The translations under genes were made by a program, and so were the position numbers. From Octopus bimaculoides (Eukaryota), in NCBI RefSeq assembly GCF_001194135.2, contig NC_068994.1:20988199-21052198 (forward strand): 64,000 nt of DNA, given 5' to 3'. Shown piece after piece: positions 53,178 through 64,000 of the stretch (the stretch's first letter is position 1; the number at the start of each line of letters is the position of its first letter). The notes under the pieces were generated by a model. It saw only the letters and a list, made by a program, of their open reading frames with translations, did not search any database and had not been told where the DNA came from.

Positions 53178-53525
53178 ATTTTAACTTGTTTCAGTCTTTT
53201 GATTGCACCCATACTGGGCACTGCCTTGAACAGTTTTAGTTGAACAAATCAACCCCAGGACTGTTTTTTTTTTAAGCCTAGTTACTTCTTTTATCAGTCC
53301 TTTTTGCTGAACTACTAAGTTACAGGGAGGTAAAACACACCAACACCAGCTGTCAAGTGGTGATGGGGGGGACAAACATGATAGGCTTCTTTCAGTTTCT
53401 GTCTACCAAATCCACTCACAAGTCTATAATAAAAGACACTTGCCCAAGGTGCCACACAGTGGGACTGAACCCAGAATCCATGTGATTGGGAAGCAAACTT
53501 CTTACCACACAGCCACACCTGCACC
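53178..53525 (-). mobile_element. SINE family A, minus copy between two TACC exons
   Basis: acttgtttcagtc...gacacttgcccaaggtgccacacagtgggactgaacc...accacacagccacacct. Confidence 0.8.
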
Positions 53526-53710
53526 TTTCCTTCTAAAGAAAGAATTCCTAAGGAGGCCTGGCTATATTTCAATGTTACAAACCAGTGAGGAAACCTCTAC
53601 ATCATTATTATACTTTGTCAGCTTTTCACATATTTTTAGTTTTTCTGAAATGTCTTCAAGATTCGTGCATGTGTGTATAATATCACATTTGATGTTTTTT
53701 ATTTTTTCAG

Positions 53711-53803
53711 GCCCTTGAAGATTTACAATCTGTGGAAACAGCATTCTCAGATCTTCATCGACGTTACGAGAAAACAAAAAATGTTGTAGAAGGTTTTAAG
53801 AAA
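53711..53803 (+). CDS. TACC: TACC exon, 93 nt: ALEDLQSVETAFSDLHRRYEKTKNVVEGFKK
   Basis: ttttttcag| acceptor, |gtaaga donor; most conserved TACC-domain motif. Confidence 0.96.
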
Positions 53804-54314
53804 GTAAGAAACTTTTTTTTTAGCAACTGTTTTCCTTTGTTTTTCTTTTCAATGACTAAAAATCATAACAGCCAAAGTAAAGAATGGTTGCATGGTTGAT
53901 TTCTCCAATCAAGCTTTCCATTGTATAGAGAGAAAGAGAAAGTAACTTATGAGGCGCAGGATGAGTGCACATTCTAGGCCTGGTTGCAGGCAATGAATAA
54001 TGGAACATTACACATACAATAGGAAGGGAAAAATCAGAGGGAGAGAGAGAGGAAGAGGAGAAGAGGGTATAAATGACAGAGTAGTCATGAGAAGAGTTAT
54101 ACAAATGAAGAATTTGTTTTATTTAATTTTATATTAAGGTAATAAATATTTTTCTTAAGAAAATTAGTATTCAGGTCATCATTTTGTATAAGCACCAAGA
54201 AATTTGATAAAAGTTATATTGTAATTATTGTATGTATGCCATATTTCTTGATAATACTCCCATGGTGGCAAAAGTATACTTCCAAAGTTATGTCATATGA
54301 CAAATAAAGCTCTA

Positions 54315-54362
54315 ATAGTAGTAGTAGTAGTAGTAGTAGCAGCAGTAGCAGTAGTAGTATCA
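54315..54362. repeat. compound (GTA)n/(GCA)n triplet repeat
   Basis: Direct reading. Confidence 0.9.
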
Positions 54363-54529
54363 GCAGCAATGATGATTTCTTTATTGGCCACAAGTGAGAA
54401 CCACAAAAGACAAAATACAATACACAAAAAGGTGAGGTTTACATCAATCAAACAGGAGACAACAACAATACAAATATGACAAAAGATATAAAAATAGAAT
54501 TCAGAAAAATAAATAAATAGAATCCCCAA

Positions 54530-55197
54530 TAGAAGATGCAGTCCACCTTAGGTAATTTTGGGGTGAAACCCTACACAAAAAGTTCTGGATTACTCTATTG
54601 TCTCCAAGGCATCACAAGTGCTCTCTTCTAGTTTCTTTCATCCTACTTAGAAAAGCCTACTCAGAGTAGGCCCATTCAGCCTCACCAATCTTGCCATTCT
54701 CATCCACCTTCTGTTTTCACCTTTGTCTTTAAGTGATAATTTTTTGAAGAAATTAATGAGAGTTTAGCCAGATAGGAAAGTGCCTGTCCTCAAGCCTTTC
54801 AGATGGGTCCACCACATAGCCTCTTTCCCCACAACCACCAAGCAGAAAAAAATCTGCCTTCCTTCTCTGCTAAAGAAGTGGGTGTGTCAGTCTTCATTAT
54901 ATACTCAGTGGACAGCCAGATTCATCTTACACAAGACAACAGCTGCTTGACACAAGCCGACAAGTCACTAATGCACAGACATTAAACAGTTGCATGCAGG
55001 ACAGTTTCATCCCCTGTATGCACCTCAAACAGGTTCAACTGTTGGAAGTTGTTCATAATCTTTTTCCTGAAAGTCCTCCAGAAGAGATCACTTACTGTTC
55101 TCTTCAATTCCAGGCCACCTTCACACATACCCTTAGTTAAACCCCTATAGAAATCTTGAGTTGTTTTCTCACTAATAACTTTGTCCAGCTGATACAA
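54530..55197 (-). mobile_element. L1/Tx1-like LINE, decayed 3' end of ORF2
   Basis: Minus strand: FYRGL...LFWRTF...MNNFQ...DETVLHA..C...KEAMWW..LKG...RWMRMARLVRL. This resembles the C-terminal Cys/His region of L1/Tx1 ORF2 as I recall it; frameshifted. Confidence 0.6.
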
Positions 55198-55277
55198 TGG
55201 TGTGTAATAATAATTGTTTTTAGCATGGACATAGGGCCTGAGATTTGAGGGAGGGGTCTAGTTGATATATTTACCCT

Positions 55278-55549
55278 ATCTCATGCTTGTAAGGTCATGA
55301 ATTTGAATCCTGGCAGCACATTATTTCACATTGCCCCAATCCACTCAGCTGGCAAAAATGTGTAGCACCTGTATTTCAAAAGACCAACCTTGTCACATTC
55401 TGTGTCATGCTGAATCTCCTTGACAATACATTAAGGATATACATGTCTGTGGAGTGCTCAGCCACTTACACATTAATTCCTCAAGCAGGTTGTTCTGTTG
55501 ATCATATCAACTGGAGCCATCATTGTCACAACTGATGGGGTGCCAGGTT
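55278..55549 (+). mobile_element. SINE family C, 5'-decayed
   Basis: ccactcagctggcaaaaatg...ccttgtcacattctgtgtc...caactggagcc. Confidence 0.7.
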
Positions 55550-55589
55550 TTTTTTTTATTCACACTAGAGGAATGAAAGGCAATAGTAG

Positions 55590-55907
55590 TAGTCATCGTC
55601 CTTTCTACTATAGCCACAAGGCCCAAAATTTTGGTGAGTGCTGGCTAGTCAGTTACCTCAACCTGAAAGGACAAATGGGAAAGTCGACCTCAGCAGAATT
55701 TGAACTCAGAACATAAAGAGCTGGAAGAAATGCCACTAAGCATTTTGTCCAGCATACTGCTGATTCTGCCAGCTTGCTGCCTAAATGATGATAATAATTC
55801 AAATTTTAGCACAGGGCCAGCAATTTCAAAGAGTGAGTAAGTCAGTTACATCAACCCTAGTACTCAGCTGGTACTTATTTTATCGACCCTGAAAGGATGA
55901 AAGGCAA
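55590..55907 (-). mobile_element. two SINE family B copies, the second interrupted at ~55907
   Basis: Family B motifs on - at 55590-55782 and 55795-55907. Confidence 0.7.
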
Positions 55908-56220
55908 CGATTAGCCAGAGATGATTTTTAAAATTAGAAGATCCGAAATGAACTTGACTGCTCTCACAAACGAGAATACTAAAAATGAACCCAACCGTTC
56001 TCAAAAATTAAGTAAAAAAAAGCGGAAAAATAATCCAGAATTCTTGTCCGGTACCGCATCAGTTCCAAAATATAATCAGTTTGTGCCAGTCACGAGGTCA
56101 AACATCCCTGAAAGTTTCATCTGAATCCATCCAGCGGTTCTTGAGATATCTTGTCCACAGACAAACAAACAAACAAATGTGGCTGCAAACAATACTCCTG
56201 CCTTTGCTAAGGCAGAGGTA
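55907..56220 (+). mobile_element. Helentron-associated (HINE/DINE-1-like) non-autonomous element
   Basis: tttcatctgaatccatccagcggttcttgagatatc, then (CAAA)n at ~56160-77, then terminal hairpin CTGCCTT-TGCT-AAGGCAG (56198-56215). This layout (microsatellite then 3' stem-loop) matches HINEs as I recall them; 5' boundary approximate. Confidence 0.55.
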
Positions 56221-56327
56221 ATAATATTGGATAGTTCTGAGGAGACATAAATATTCCATGAATATGAATTATTTCAATAAAATTGTTCCAGTATTTAATG
56301 CTTATTAATCCATCTATTTTTGTTCAG

Positions 56328-56434
56328 AATGAAGAAATTTTAAAGAAATGCGTCCAAGACTACCAACAGAAAATCACCCGAGCAGAACAAAAACTGGCTG
56401 CCATCCGACAACAAGCTGAAGATAAACTAGAAAA
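56328..56434 (+). CDS. TACC: TACC exon, 107 nt: NEEILKKCVQDYQQKITRAEQKLAAIRQQAEDKLE(K)
   Basis: tttttgttcag| acceptor, |gtgagt donor; NEE.LKKC motif. Confidence 0.96.
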
Positions 56435-56762
56435 GTGAGTATATTAAATTGTTCTGGATGACATTTTTAGATCAACTGAAGCTAGTAATAACATTGTCTT
56501 CTTATCACAAAGACACAAATTTACAAGGGTACTGTTGAGTGGATATCTTTCTGGTGCCAACATAACTGACCTCAGAGAGCTGAAAAGTAAATTCCAACAA
56601 TTAAATATCAGTCAAGCAATATACCAACTCTAACTTCTATCACTTTATAACTAATAATATCAACTTAGATACAATTATTAGTAGTAATACTGAGACATAG
56701 TGGTTATTAGTAATATCAACTTTGTGACTATTTATTGGTAATAATGTCAACTTAGACATACT

Positions 56763-57212
56763 TGGTTTCAAATTTTGGCACAAGGCCAGCAAGTTTGGGG
56801 GAGGGCATAAGTCAAATTCTATTGACCCCAGTGCTCAACCAATACATATTTTATCAGCCCCAAAAGGATGAAAAGCAAAGTTGATCTTAACGGAATTTAA
56901 ACTCAGAATGTGCAGACAAAAAAAACCACTAAGCATTTTGCCTGGTGTGCTAACAATTCAGCCAGCTCACTGACTTTATACTTGTTACAAATATTTGTTG
57001 AAGTAAGTTGGCAGAATTGTTAGCGTGCCAGACAAAATGCTTAGCATTTCATCCTATCTTCATGTTATGAGTTCAAATTCTGCTAAAGTTGACTTTGCCT
57101 TTCATCTTTTCAGAGTTGATAAAATAAGTACCAGTTGAGCACTGGGATCAATGTAAGTGACTTAACCCCTCTCCCAAAATGTTCTATCCTTGGGCCAAAA
57201 TTTGAAACCAAT
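56763..57212. mobile_element. head-to-head inverted pair of SINE family B (56763-56976 -, 57001-57212 +)
   Basis: Ends tggtttcaaattttgg and ccaaaatttgaaacca are complementary; about 24-nt spacer. Confidence 0.85.
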
Positions 57213-57556
57213 ATTAAGACATAGCGGTAATTAGAAATAATCTTAACTAAGATGTAGTGGTTAACAGCTAAGAAAGAAATTCAATATTTCCTTCTGTTAT
57301 GAACAGTGTGTTGTTATTAAGCTAAAGCAACTCAAGTAGATCCATGTTGAAAGGCATTCCAACATGGCTACCTTGTCTTGTCTTTCTTTGGACATATTAG
57401 GGCTTGCATCATATTCTCAAATGTCTCTGTTGTTTAAAACCACAGGGTATAGTTTGTAGGTGATTTAGCAACTATTTATAGCAGGTCAAATAACCATGTA
57501 GAGCTGAGATCCTTAATAGTGTCCCCACAGGCACCATGGTACCCATCAACTCTCTT

Positions 57557-57947
57557 GTGGATGGAACTTCTGGAAGAGGGAGACCCAGAAAGACATGGGA
57601 CAAAGTATTGAAAGCTGATCTCAAGACACTTAGCCTTAAAAAGGAGATGACCAGGGACCAAGATATCTGACACCTTGTTGTACTCAAGAAGTCGTGTCCA
57701 CCACAGCAGAATTGATACCAGTGATGGTGCCACGTAAAAAGCACTGGTGTTGATGCCACATTCAAAACACTGGTGCTGTTGCTACATAAAAAGCACCCAG
57801 TACACTCTATAAGGTGGTTGGTGTTAGGATGGGCATCCAGCCCTAGAAACCATACCAGAACAGACAACAGAGCCTAGTGCAGTCCCTAGCCTTACCAGCT
57901 CCAGTTAAACTGACCGACCCATACCAGCATGGAAAATGGACCTTATA
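57557..57947 (+). mobile_element. RTE LINE 3' fragment, same family as 51245-51859
   Basis: VDGTSGRGRPRKTWDKVLKADLKTLSLKKEMTRDQDI*; same 3'UTR sequence. Confidence 0.85.
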
Positions 57948-57954
57948 TGGGCTG

Positions 57955-58322
57955 GCTATCTTTTACTTGTTTCAATCATTAAGCTGTGGCCATACTGGGA
58001 CATTGCATTGAAAATTTCTTGAACCTGATACTTATTCTATCAGTCTCTTTTGCCAAATCACTAAATTACGGGGACATAAACACAACAACACCAGTTGTCA
58101 AATAGTGGTGGAGGACATCCTCAGACACAAAGACACATGCACACATATATATTTATATACAACAGGCTTTTTTCAGTTTCCATCTACCAAATCCACTCAC
58201 AAGTCTTTTTATTGGTCTGAGGCTATAGTTGAAGACACTTGCCCAAGGTGCCATGCAGTGGAACTGAACCCAGAACCATGTGGTCGGGAAGCAAATTTCT
58301 TACCACACATCCATCCCTGCAC
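57955..58322 (-). mobile_element. SINE family A, minus copy
   Basis: Same motifs as 53178-53525. Confidence 0.8.
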
Positions 58323-60779
58323 CCATGATGTATATTTTTATTTCACTTTTTTTTAAGGTTACTTATTTAACTCACTGAGTGCACTATATTCTCCAACTGG
58401 TTTCCTCTGGCCCATAAAATGTTTCTAAACAAGTATTTAAAATACCAGTATTGTGAACATTTAGAAAGCAATATTTTACTAAAGGTTACCTTCATGGGAT
58501 CTTTTAAACATTAGTAGCACCACCTTAGTTCAATGGTATAAACAGGTAAATAAACATTTATCAAACTTTCCCTTGAAATAAACAAATTTGATTGCATATA
58601 TTGGCATAAAAGCTAACAGTTTTTGTTTTCCAAAGCATTCCATTTTGTTTGTCAGAAGTATAAAAGCAAAAACCTTCCACTCCCACAAGACCTCCAATAC
58701 TGCTTTTTTTTTCTGTAATATTTTTTTTTACTTTTAGTCATAAAATGTGTGGCCCAAGTAAAAACTAAAGAATGTACCACTTTGACACAAAACGAAATGA
58801 AGCCTATTCTTTCCTCAGTGTTTGTTTATTGTTTGCTGGTATTGTTGAAGCACCAAGAAGGGAAAAAAAACAATGTTGAACATCCTTTTCAGTCTAATCA
58901 CTTATCTTTTAATAATAGGCACCCAATTAAAAGCAGAAAATAAGTCAACTAAAGTCTATCTATCCAGCTACTGCATTTTTCTTTTTTTTTTTTTTTTACT
59001 TGAAATGTGGTAAAATCTAAAAATACTGCTATTCTTTCAGAATTTCTCACACTTTCTCATAAAAATAAAAATTTTAAAAAGAGTAAGAAAAACATTCCAG
59101 TATGGTGAGTTGTTAAAAGAAGTATTTCTGAGTGGTGCTAATAGATTATTCAATGGGTTTTCTAACATGAGATTGTATCAACAATACAAGATATATACAT
59201 TATTAGATGACAACATTACAAGTATACGAGTAATTTCAGTTGAAAGGTAAATTCGGTGAAAGATTATCTGAGTAATATGTGATTAGTTCAAATTACAGTT
59301 TTATTAATTTGTTTAATTTTGGCTCCAGGTCAGCAATTTTTGGTGGGTAAGGGCAAGTTAATTGCATCAACCCCAGTACCTGGCTGGTGCTTTATTTTAT
59401 TGACCCCAAAATGATAGAAGATAAAGTTGGCAGAATTTGTATTCAGAACATAATGAGCCAGAAGAAATGCTACTAAGTATCCATTTCTTCCAGCTCTTAT
59501 CAGACATGACTTAACTAAAAGTTATGCTAAGAATGGTATTTAGTGAGTGTTGTAGGCAAAATTTTCAGTAGTTATTAAAAAATATTGCCTATGAAAGGAT
59601 AAGAATATTATAGCATTCAAACTATATGCAGTGTCAGTACATATGCTTCTGCACATACTGTCTGTGATTACCACTAACAGGGCACTAGCAATGGTCATCA
59701 TTGTCAAAGAATGCATTGCACTCTGTAAAAAAGGATAAAATTTTTCCAAACCTTATGTCATTCCAATCTACTATCTATCCATCAAGAAGTGCTGTGTAGC
59801 AAAATACTTTCACCTAGTTATGTCATGAATGGTGTTATAAAACAATCAACAACTTAAGTGTTTCATTGACTTTTCAGAGTTTTACTGAAAGAAAATACAA
59901 AAATACAGATGATAAGCAACCTGATCTCATTTTACATATGATGGCTGAATAATGGCAAAGTTCTTATAAGGTTTATAAGTTTAATTGAAGAAATAACATT
60001 TTCTCAAACCCCAAAATCAAAATATTAACCAACAAAATTACTTTTGCTAGTCACTAGATATGGGTGTTTTATCACAGACAACTCAAATTCTTTAAACTTG
60101 GAGCTTTGAGAGAAAGGTTGCTGATAAGCCCTATAAAATTATTTAAAGAAAAACTGATTTAGTAGATTTTTCAGCTGAAGATCAAATTTCATGTACATTT
60201 TCCAAAAGTGACATGTACAGCTGATCATCACACTAACTTTTCATCATTTCTTATCTGCCAGAATAGTCTGAAAAAAGTTTGTGTTACTATCATGGAGCTA
60301 ATTATCACCTTTTTTTTAAATCTAAATCCTTTTACATGTTACATAAATCTAACAGATTTAAATGAATCTGTTGGAAGACTTGTTCAGATAAGAATAGAAT
60401 ATTTGAAACTTGAGATTTTGAGCTAAAATCCCTTGTTGCAGGTAACTTTTGGAATTTGGTTATTAGGAAAAAATTTCCATTTTTAAAATGAATAGCATAC
60501 AGAAGAAAACCACTTTTTGCATCCACTTAGCTATGTGAATCTGTTTTCAACTTTTAGCATTATAATGCTCAAAATATAGATCTCAATTTATCAATGTATA
60601 TTTTGTTTTGATGACCATTTACAAACAGGCAGATCATCACCATTTTGAGGCATCAGCCAGTGAAATTCAATGCTAAAAATTACATTATTTTAAAATTACT
60701 TCTAAACTTTTTTTTTTTTTTGCATAAAAATATAGCTGTTTCACATTAATTTATTTTTGTTCTTGTATATGATGTTTAT

Positions 60780-62155
60780 CAATGGTATCTTTCAATCGCT
60801 CCAGGATGATTCTTGTAAGGACTTTGCTTGGAATGGAAGCAAGGTAATTCCCCTCCACTTTTCACATTGTGATAAATCCCCACTCTTCGGCAGCTTCACC
60901 AAAAGACCCATCTTCCAGTCGGTTGGGATCTTCTCTGCCGTCCATACCAGGTTCAGCACCTGGTGCATATGATCAATCATCTCTTCTCCTCCTGCCTTCA
61001 GTGCCTCTGCTGGTATGCTATCCACTCCTGCCACCTTTCCGTTCTCTAAGCTCTTCACGGCTTTGCAGATTTCTGGCTTGGTGATTTCTCCAATGTGGAT
61101 ATTGAGTGGGATCCCTGGCCCCAATTCTGGTGGATCTTGAGGTGGAGAGCGGTTAAGTGTTTCTTGGAAGTGTTCCTTCCATCTCACCAGATACCATTGA
61201 CAAGCAACTCAGAGATGAGCAGGCAGGTGTCAGAAAGGAGAGGGTCAGCACAGGAGTCAGGCAGGGCTGTTTGTTGTCACCACTCCTGTTCCTTGTCGTG
61301 CTGGACTGGGTCACCAGGATGGCCTATGCTACATCCGGGAAAGGTATTCAGTGGACACTGATGAACAAGCTGGAGGACTTGGACTACACAGATGATCTTG
61401 CGCTACTGTCACATCGCCTGCAAAATAAGGTAGACCATCTGAGAGAAACTTCACGGCGAGTGGGCTTGAGGATCAGCCAGGAAAAGACAAAAGTGCTGCA
61501 TATCAACAACAAGCAGGAAGAGCCAATCACAATCGAGGGGGGCACCAGTGGAGGGTGTTAGTGAGTTCGTCTATCTTGGCAGCAAGATCAGCAAATCAGG
61601 TGGATCAGACGATGACATCACTGCAAGAAGCAAGAAGGATTGGCGAGTCTTCGCTATTCTTCGGCCGGTATGGAAGTCCACTGCCATCTAAACTCTGCTT
61701 ATTTAGTTTAAACTTAAAATCTGTGCTTTTGTATGGCTCTGAAACATGAAGAGCCACCTGCAGCAACTACAAGAAGATCCAGACCTTCATCAACAAATGT
61801 CTCTGGCAGATCCTCCATCTGAAGTGGTTCGACAGAGTGCCAAACACTGACCTGTGGGAAAGGGCCAACCAGGAGTCCATACATGTTCAGATTAGACGAT
61901 GGAAATGGAGATGGATCGGACATGCACTGCGGAAAGAACCCTCAAATGTGACACGACAAGCACTTGACTGGAACCCACAGGGGAAAAGGAAGCGAGGACG
62001 CCTGGAGCAGACATGGAAGTGGAGCATTTTGGATGAGCTCAGGACCACCGGCGTGACATGGGAAGCAGTCAAGTAACACGTCAATGACCACAAAAAGTGG
62101 AAAATAACTGTTGAGGCCCTATGCTCCACAGGGGGGAAAAAGGATTAAGAAGAAG
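60780..62155. mobile_element. 5'-truncated, 5'-inverted RTE-clade LINE (ORF2 pseudogene); 60780-61188 on -, 61189-62155 on +
   Basis: Minus part: RWKEHFQETLN...GKVAGVDSIPAEALK...DWKMGLLVKLPKSGDLSQCEKWRGITLL..SKVLTRIILERLKDTIDK. Plus part: DTIDKQLRDEQAG...GVRQGCLLSPLLF...LDYTDDLALL...LLYGSET...WKWRWIGHALRK...WNPQGKRKRGR...ALCSTGGKKD* then (GAA)n. TSD TATGATGTTTAT at 60768-79 and 62156-67. Confidence 0.93.
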
Positions 62156-62344
62156 TATGATGTTTATGTATAGGTCCAACTATTAATTTGTCTTTCAAAT
62201 AAATTGGTACCATCACTGAGACTTATAAGAATGGTCTTAGATACAAGAAGGCTGAGGACTTCTGATGTAGAGTGTTTGCTACTAGCTTATAACGTCTTCT
62301 ATTACATTTCATTAAATCTTATTCATTTTGTTTTTTTTTACCAG

Positions 62345-62465
62345 AGCCAACTCTGAAATAGACAAAGTGCGACGTAGTACTTCTGCAGAAATTGCAAAAT
62401 TGGAAGCTGCATTGAAAAAGAGTGAGGTTCAGGTTCAGTCGATGGAAAGGACAATAGAACAGAAA
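62345..62465 (+). CDS. TACC: TACC exon, 121 nt: (K)ANSEIDKVRRSTSAEIAKLEAALKKSEVQVQSMERTIEQK
   Basis: tttttttaccag| acceptor, |gtaagt donor; phase 2 to 0. Confidence 0.95.
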
Positions 62466-63849
62466 GTAAGTAATTTTCTTTCTATTTTCTTAGTCCCCCC
62501 TCCCCTTTTTTTTCTTAGTTTAGTCTGAACACGTGTTTAGTTCCAAGACAGCTATGCTTAAGCAAACTTATGATCAAAGTCATTGCCTCTATGGGTAATC
62601 CTTCATTTTTGTGTATTTATGATTATATCATCCAAAATGTAATTATATTTTTAGATACAAGAGGGTGATTTGGTTGCTATTTTTCTCAATATACCAGACC
62701 ATGTGACAAACAGCTGTATGAAAAAGAACACTGGAGTCTGTTGAGATTTTTGGCAAACAAAATTTTATTCTTTTCACACACAAAAAACAAATGTCATCAC
62801 TATGCATGACAAAATGTCCTGAGAGTTTTGAATATTTTTCTTGGTTTATTTGTAGCAGCAGATAAAGTGTGGTTAGTTGCTTGCTGTGCTACTGTCTTTC
62901 ATCCTCTGACTGTTCATTGCCTTTGCATTGACAGATGCTATCCACCATCTCCTACAGTGACTGTCAATGCTCTCCCTCTCTCTGCTGCTGCTGCTGCATC
63001 CCAAAGCTCTCTATCATGATGTCATGATATGTTGAATTTATAAGAGGCTCTGAAGGAAGTGTGACAAAAAGTGAAATTGTTGCTAGAGCCTATTCCATGT
63101 GAAGTCATGATTGGTCAGATTTTGTTGATTGTATGGGTAATATTCTAGTGATTGCTGAATATTCCCATCACACACCCTTTAGTTATGAGCCACCATTTAC
63201 TTAGAAAACATCACCTCTCATCTGTTTTAGTTTGATTGGTTGATTTAATTTCATCTTTTTTTTTATATTGACACTTTGATTTAACTTATTGAAGAATGAA
63301 ATGGATTTGCTTAAGAGTGAATGATACTGTTATAGTAAAGTGGCATAATTATTAGTGGATATAATCAGTATCTTAAAGTGATCCCAATTTAAATCTGCCT
63401 TAACAAACTGCAAGAAGGTTAAGATTTCTAATAAGCTGATATTGTAATTCAAGAGGTAGGTTGGTACTTTTCTGTGTCTGTAGCCAAAACACTTTACTCT
63501 CATATAGCACAGTCCTGCTCCTTTAAACAATGACGGTAGTATAAAACTGCTGTATGTTGCATCCATGGTTCTGTAATCAGCTAATGAAAGATTCACTATG
63601 ACTCGAAACTCCCAATTCAAATTCATAATAATAGAATTGGATGGCAACAGAGAATCATGGGAACCCACAAAAAGTTTTATGTCAACATTACCAGTCTAAC
63701 ATGGAGGAGGATGGTCTGGTCACTAGCAGAAGGATCATTTGCCATAGAAAATTATACGAAATAACATCTTGATGTCACTCCTAGAACCCAAAAGTTTTTA
63801 AGACTTAACTCCCTACTATTGTAGTCTCTACTCTTACTTTCAACCATAA

Positions 63850-64000
63850 CCCTTTAGCATTTAATCCAGCCATATCTGGCCCAAATATTCTACTTGTTTT
63901 ATTTTAAAACTGACCAGATCCAACCTCTCACACCTACCCTATTGTCATTCTGAAAATATAGACTCACCATGGAAATCTCAAAGCTACGAAATAACGTGAG
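63850..64000. mobile_element. same piggyBac-type MITE family, opposite orientation, runs off the window
   Basis: CCCTTTAGCATT...ccagccatatctggcccaaatattcta is the reverse complement of 25385-25428. Confidence 0.75.

Larger units (their letters stand above)
49502..62465 (+). other. TACC: TACC-family gene, C-terminal coiled-coil part (partial; exons 49502-49701, 51073-51116, 52920-52987, 53711-53803, 56328-56434, 62345-62465)
   Basis: Six GT-AG bounded exons join in phase (0-2,2-1,1-0,0-0,0-2,2-0) into one open frame: VLKYSQSEW...LIVAEFEKTISQLQAEKEKSK...ERDQALEDLQSVETAFSDLHRRYEKTKNVVEGFKKNEEILKKCVQDY...KANSEIDKVR...ERTIEQK. This matches the TACC-domain signature I recall (E.sFSDL..RyEk.K.v.eGfkkNEE.LKKC..dY; ANEEI...EQK). 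The final KENEEL..ICDEL exon is not in the window. Confidence 0.95.

Overview
AT-rich, repeat-dense animal genomic DNA with nine N-gaps. The SINE, RTE and microsatellite repertoire suggests an octopus/coleoid cephalopod; this is inference from repeat types I recall, not a search result. One + strand protein-coding gene crosses the window: a TACC-family (transforming acidic coiled-coil) gene. Six in-phase exons (49502-62465) encode most of the C-terminal TACC coiled coil. The last exon and stop codon are not in the window, and most of the N-terminus was not identified; 3-4 short upstream exons are candidates. The introns hold tRNA-derived SINEs, RTE/CR1/L1-Tx1 LINE relics, a mariner transposase relic, hAT- and piggyBac-type MITEs with target-site duplications, and a Helentron/HINE-like element. 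I found no convincing new multi-gene system. The most notable observations are: (1) an RTE-clade LINE insertion with the full geometry of twin-primed 5' inversion (12-bp TSD, 12-bp breakpoint duplication, TSD/RNA microcomplementarity); (2) a candidate internal promoter plus a dual-frame exon that could give a short TACC isoform; (3) several close inverted-repeat pairs that would form long dsRNA in the pre-mRNA; (4) a hammerhead-like/pseudoknot fold beside a gap.
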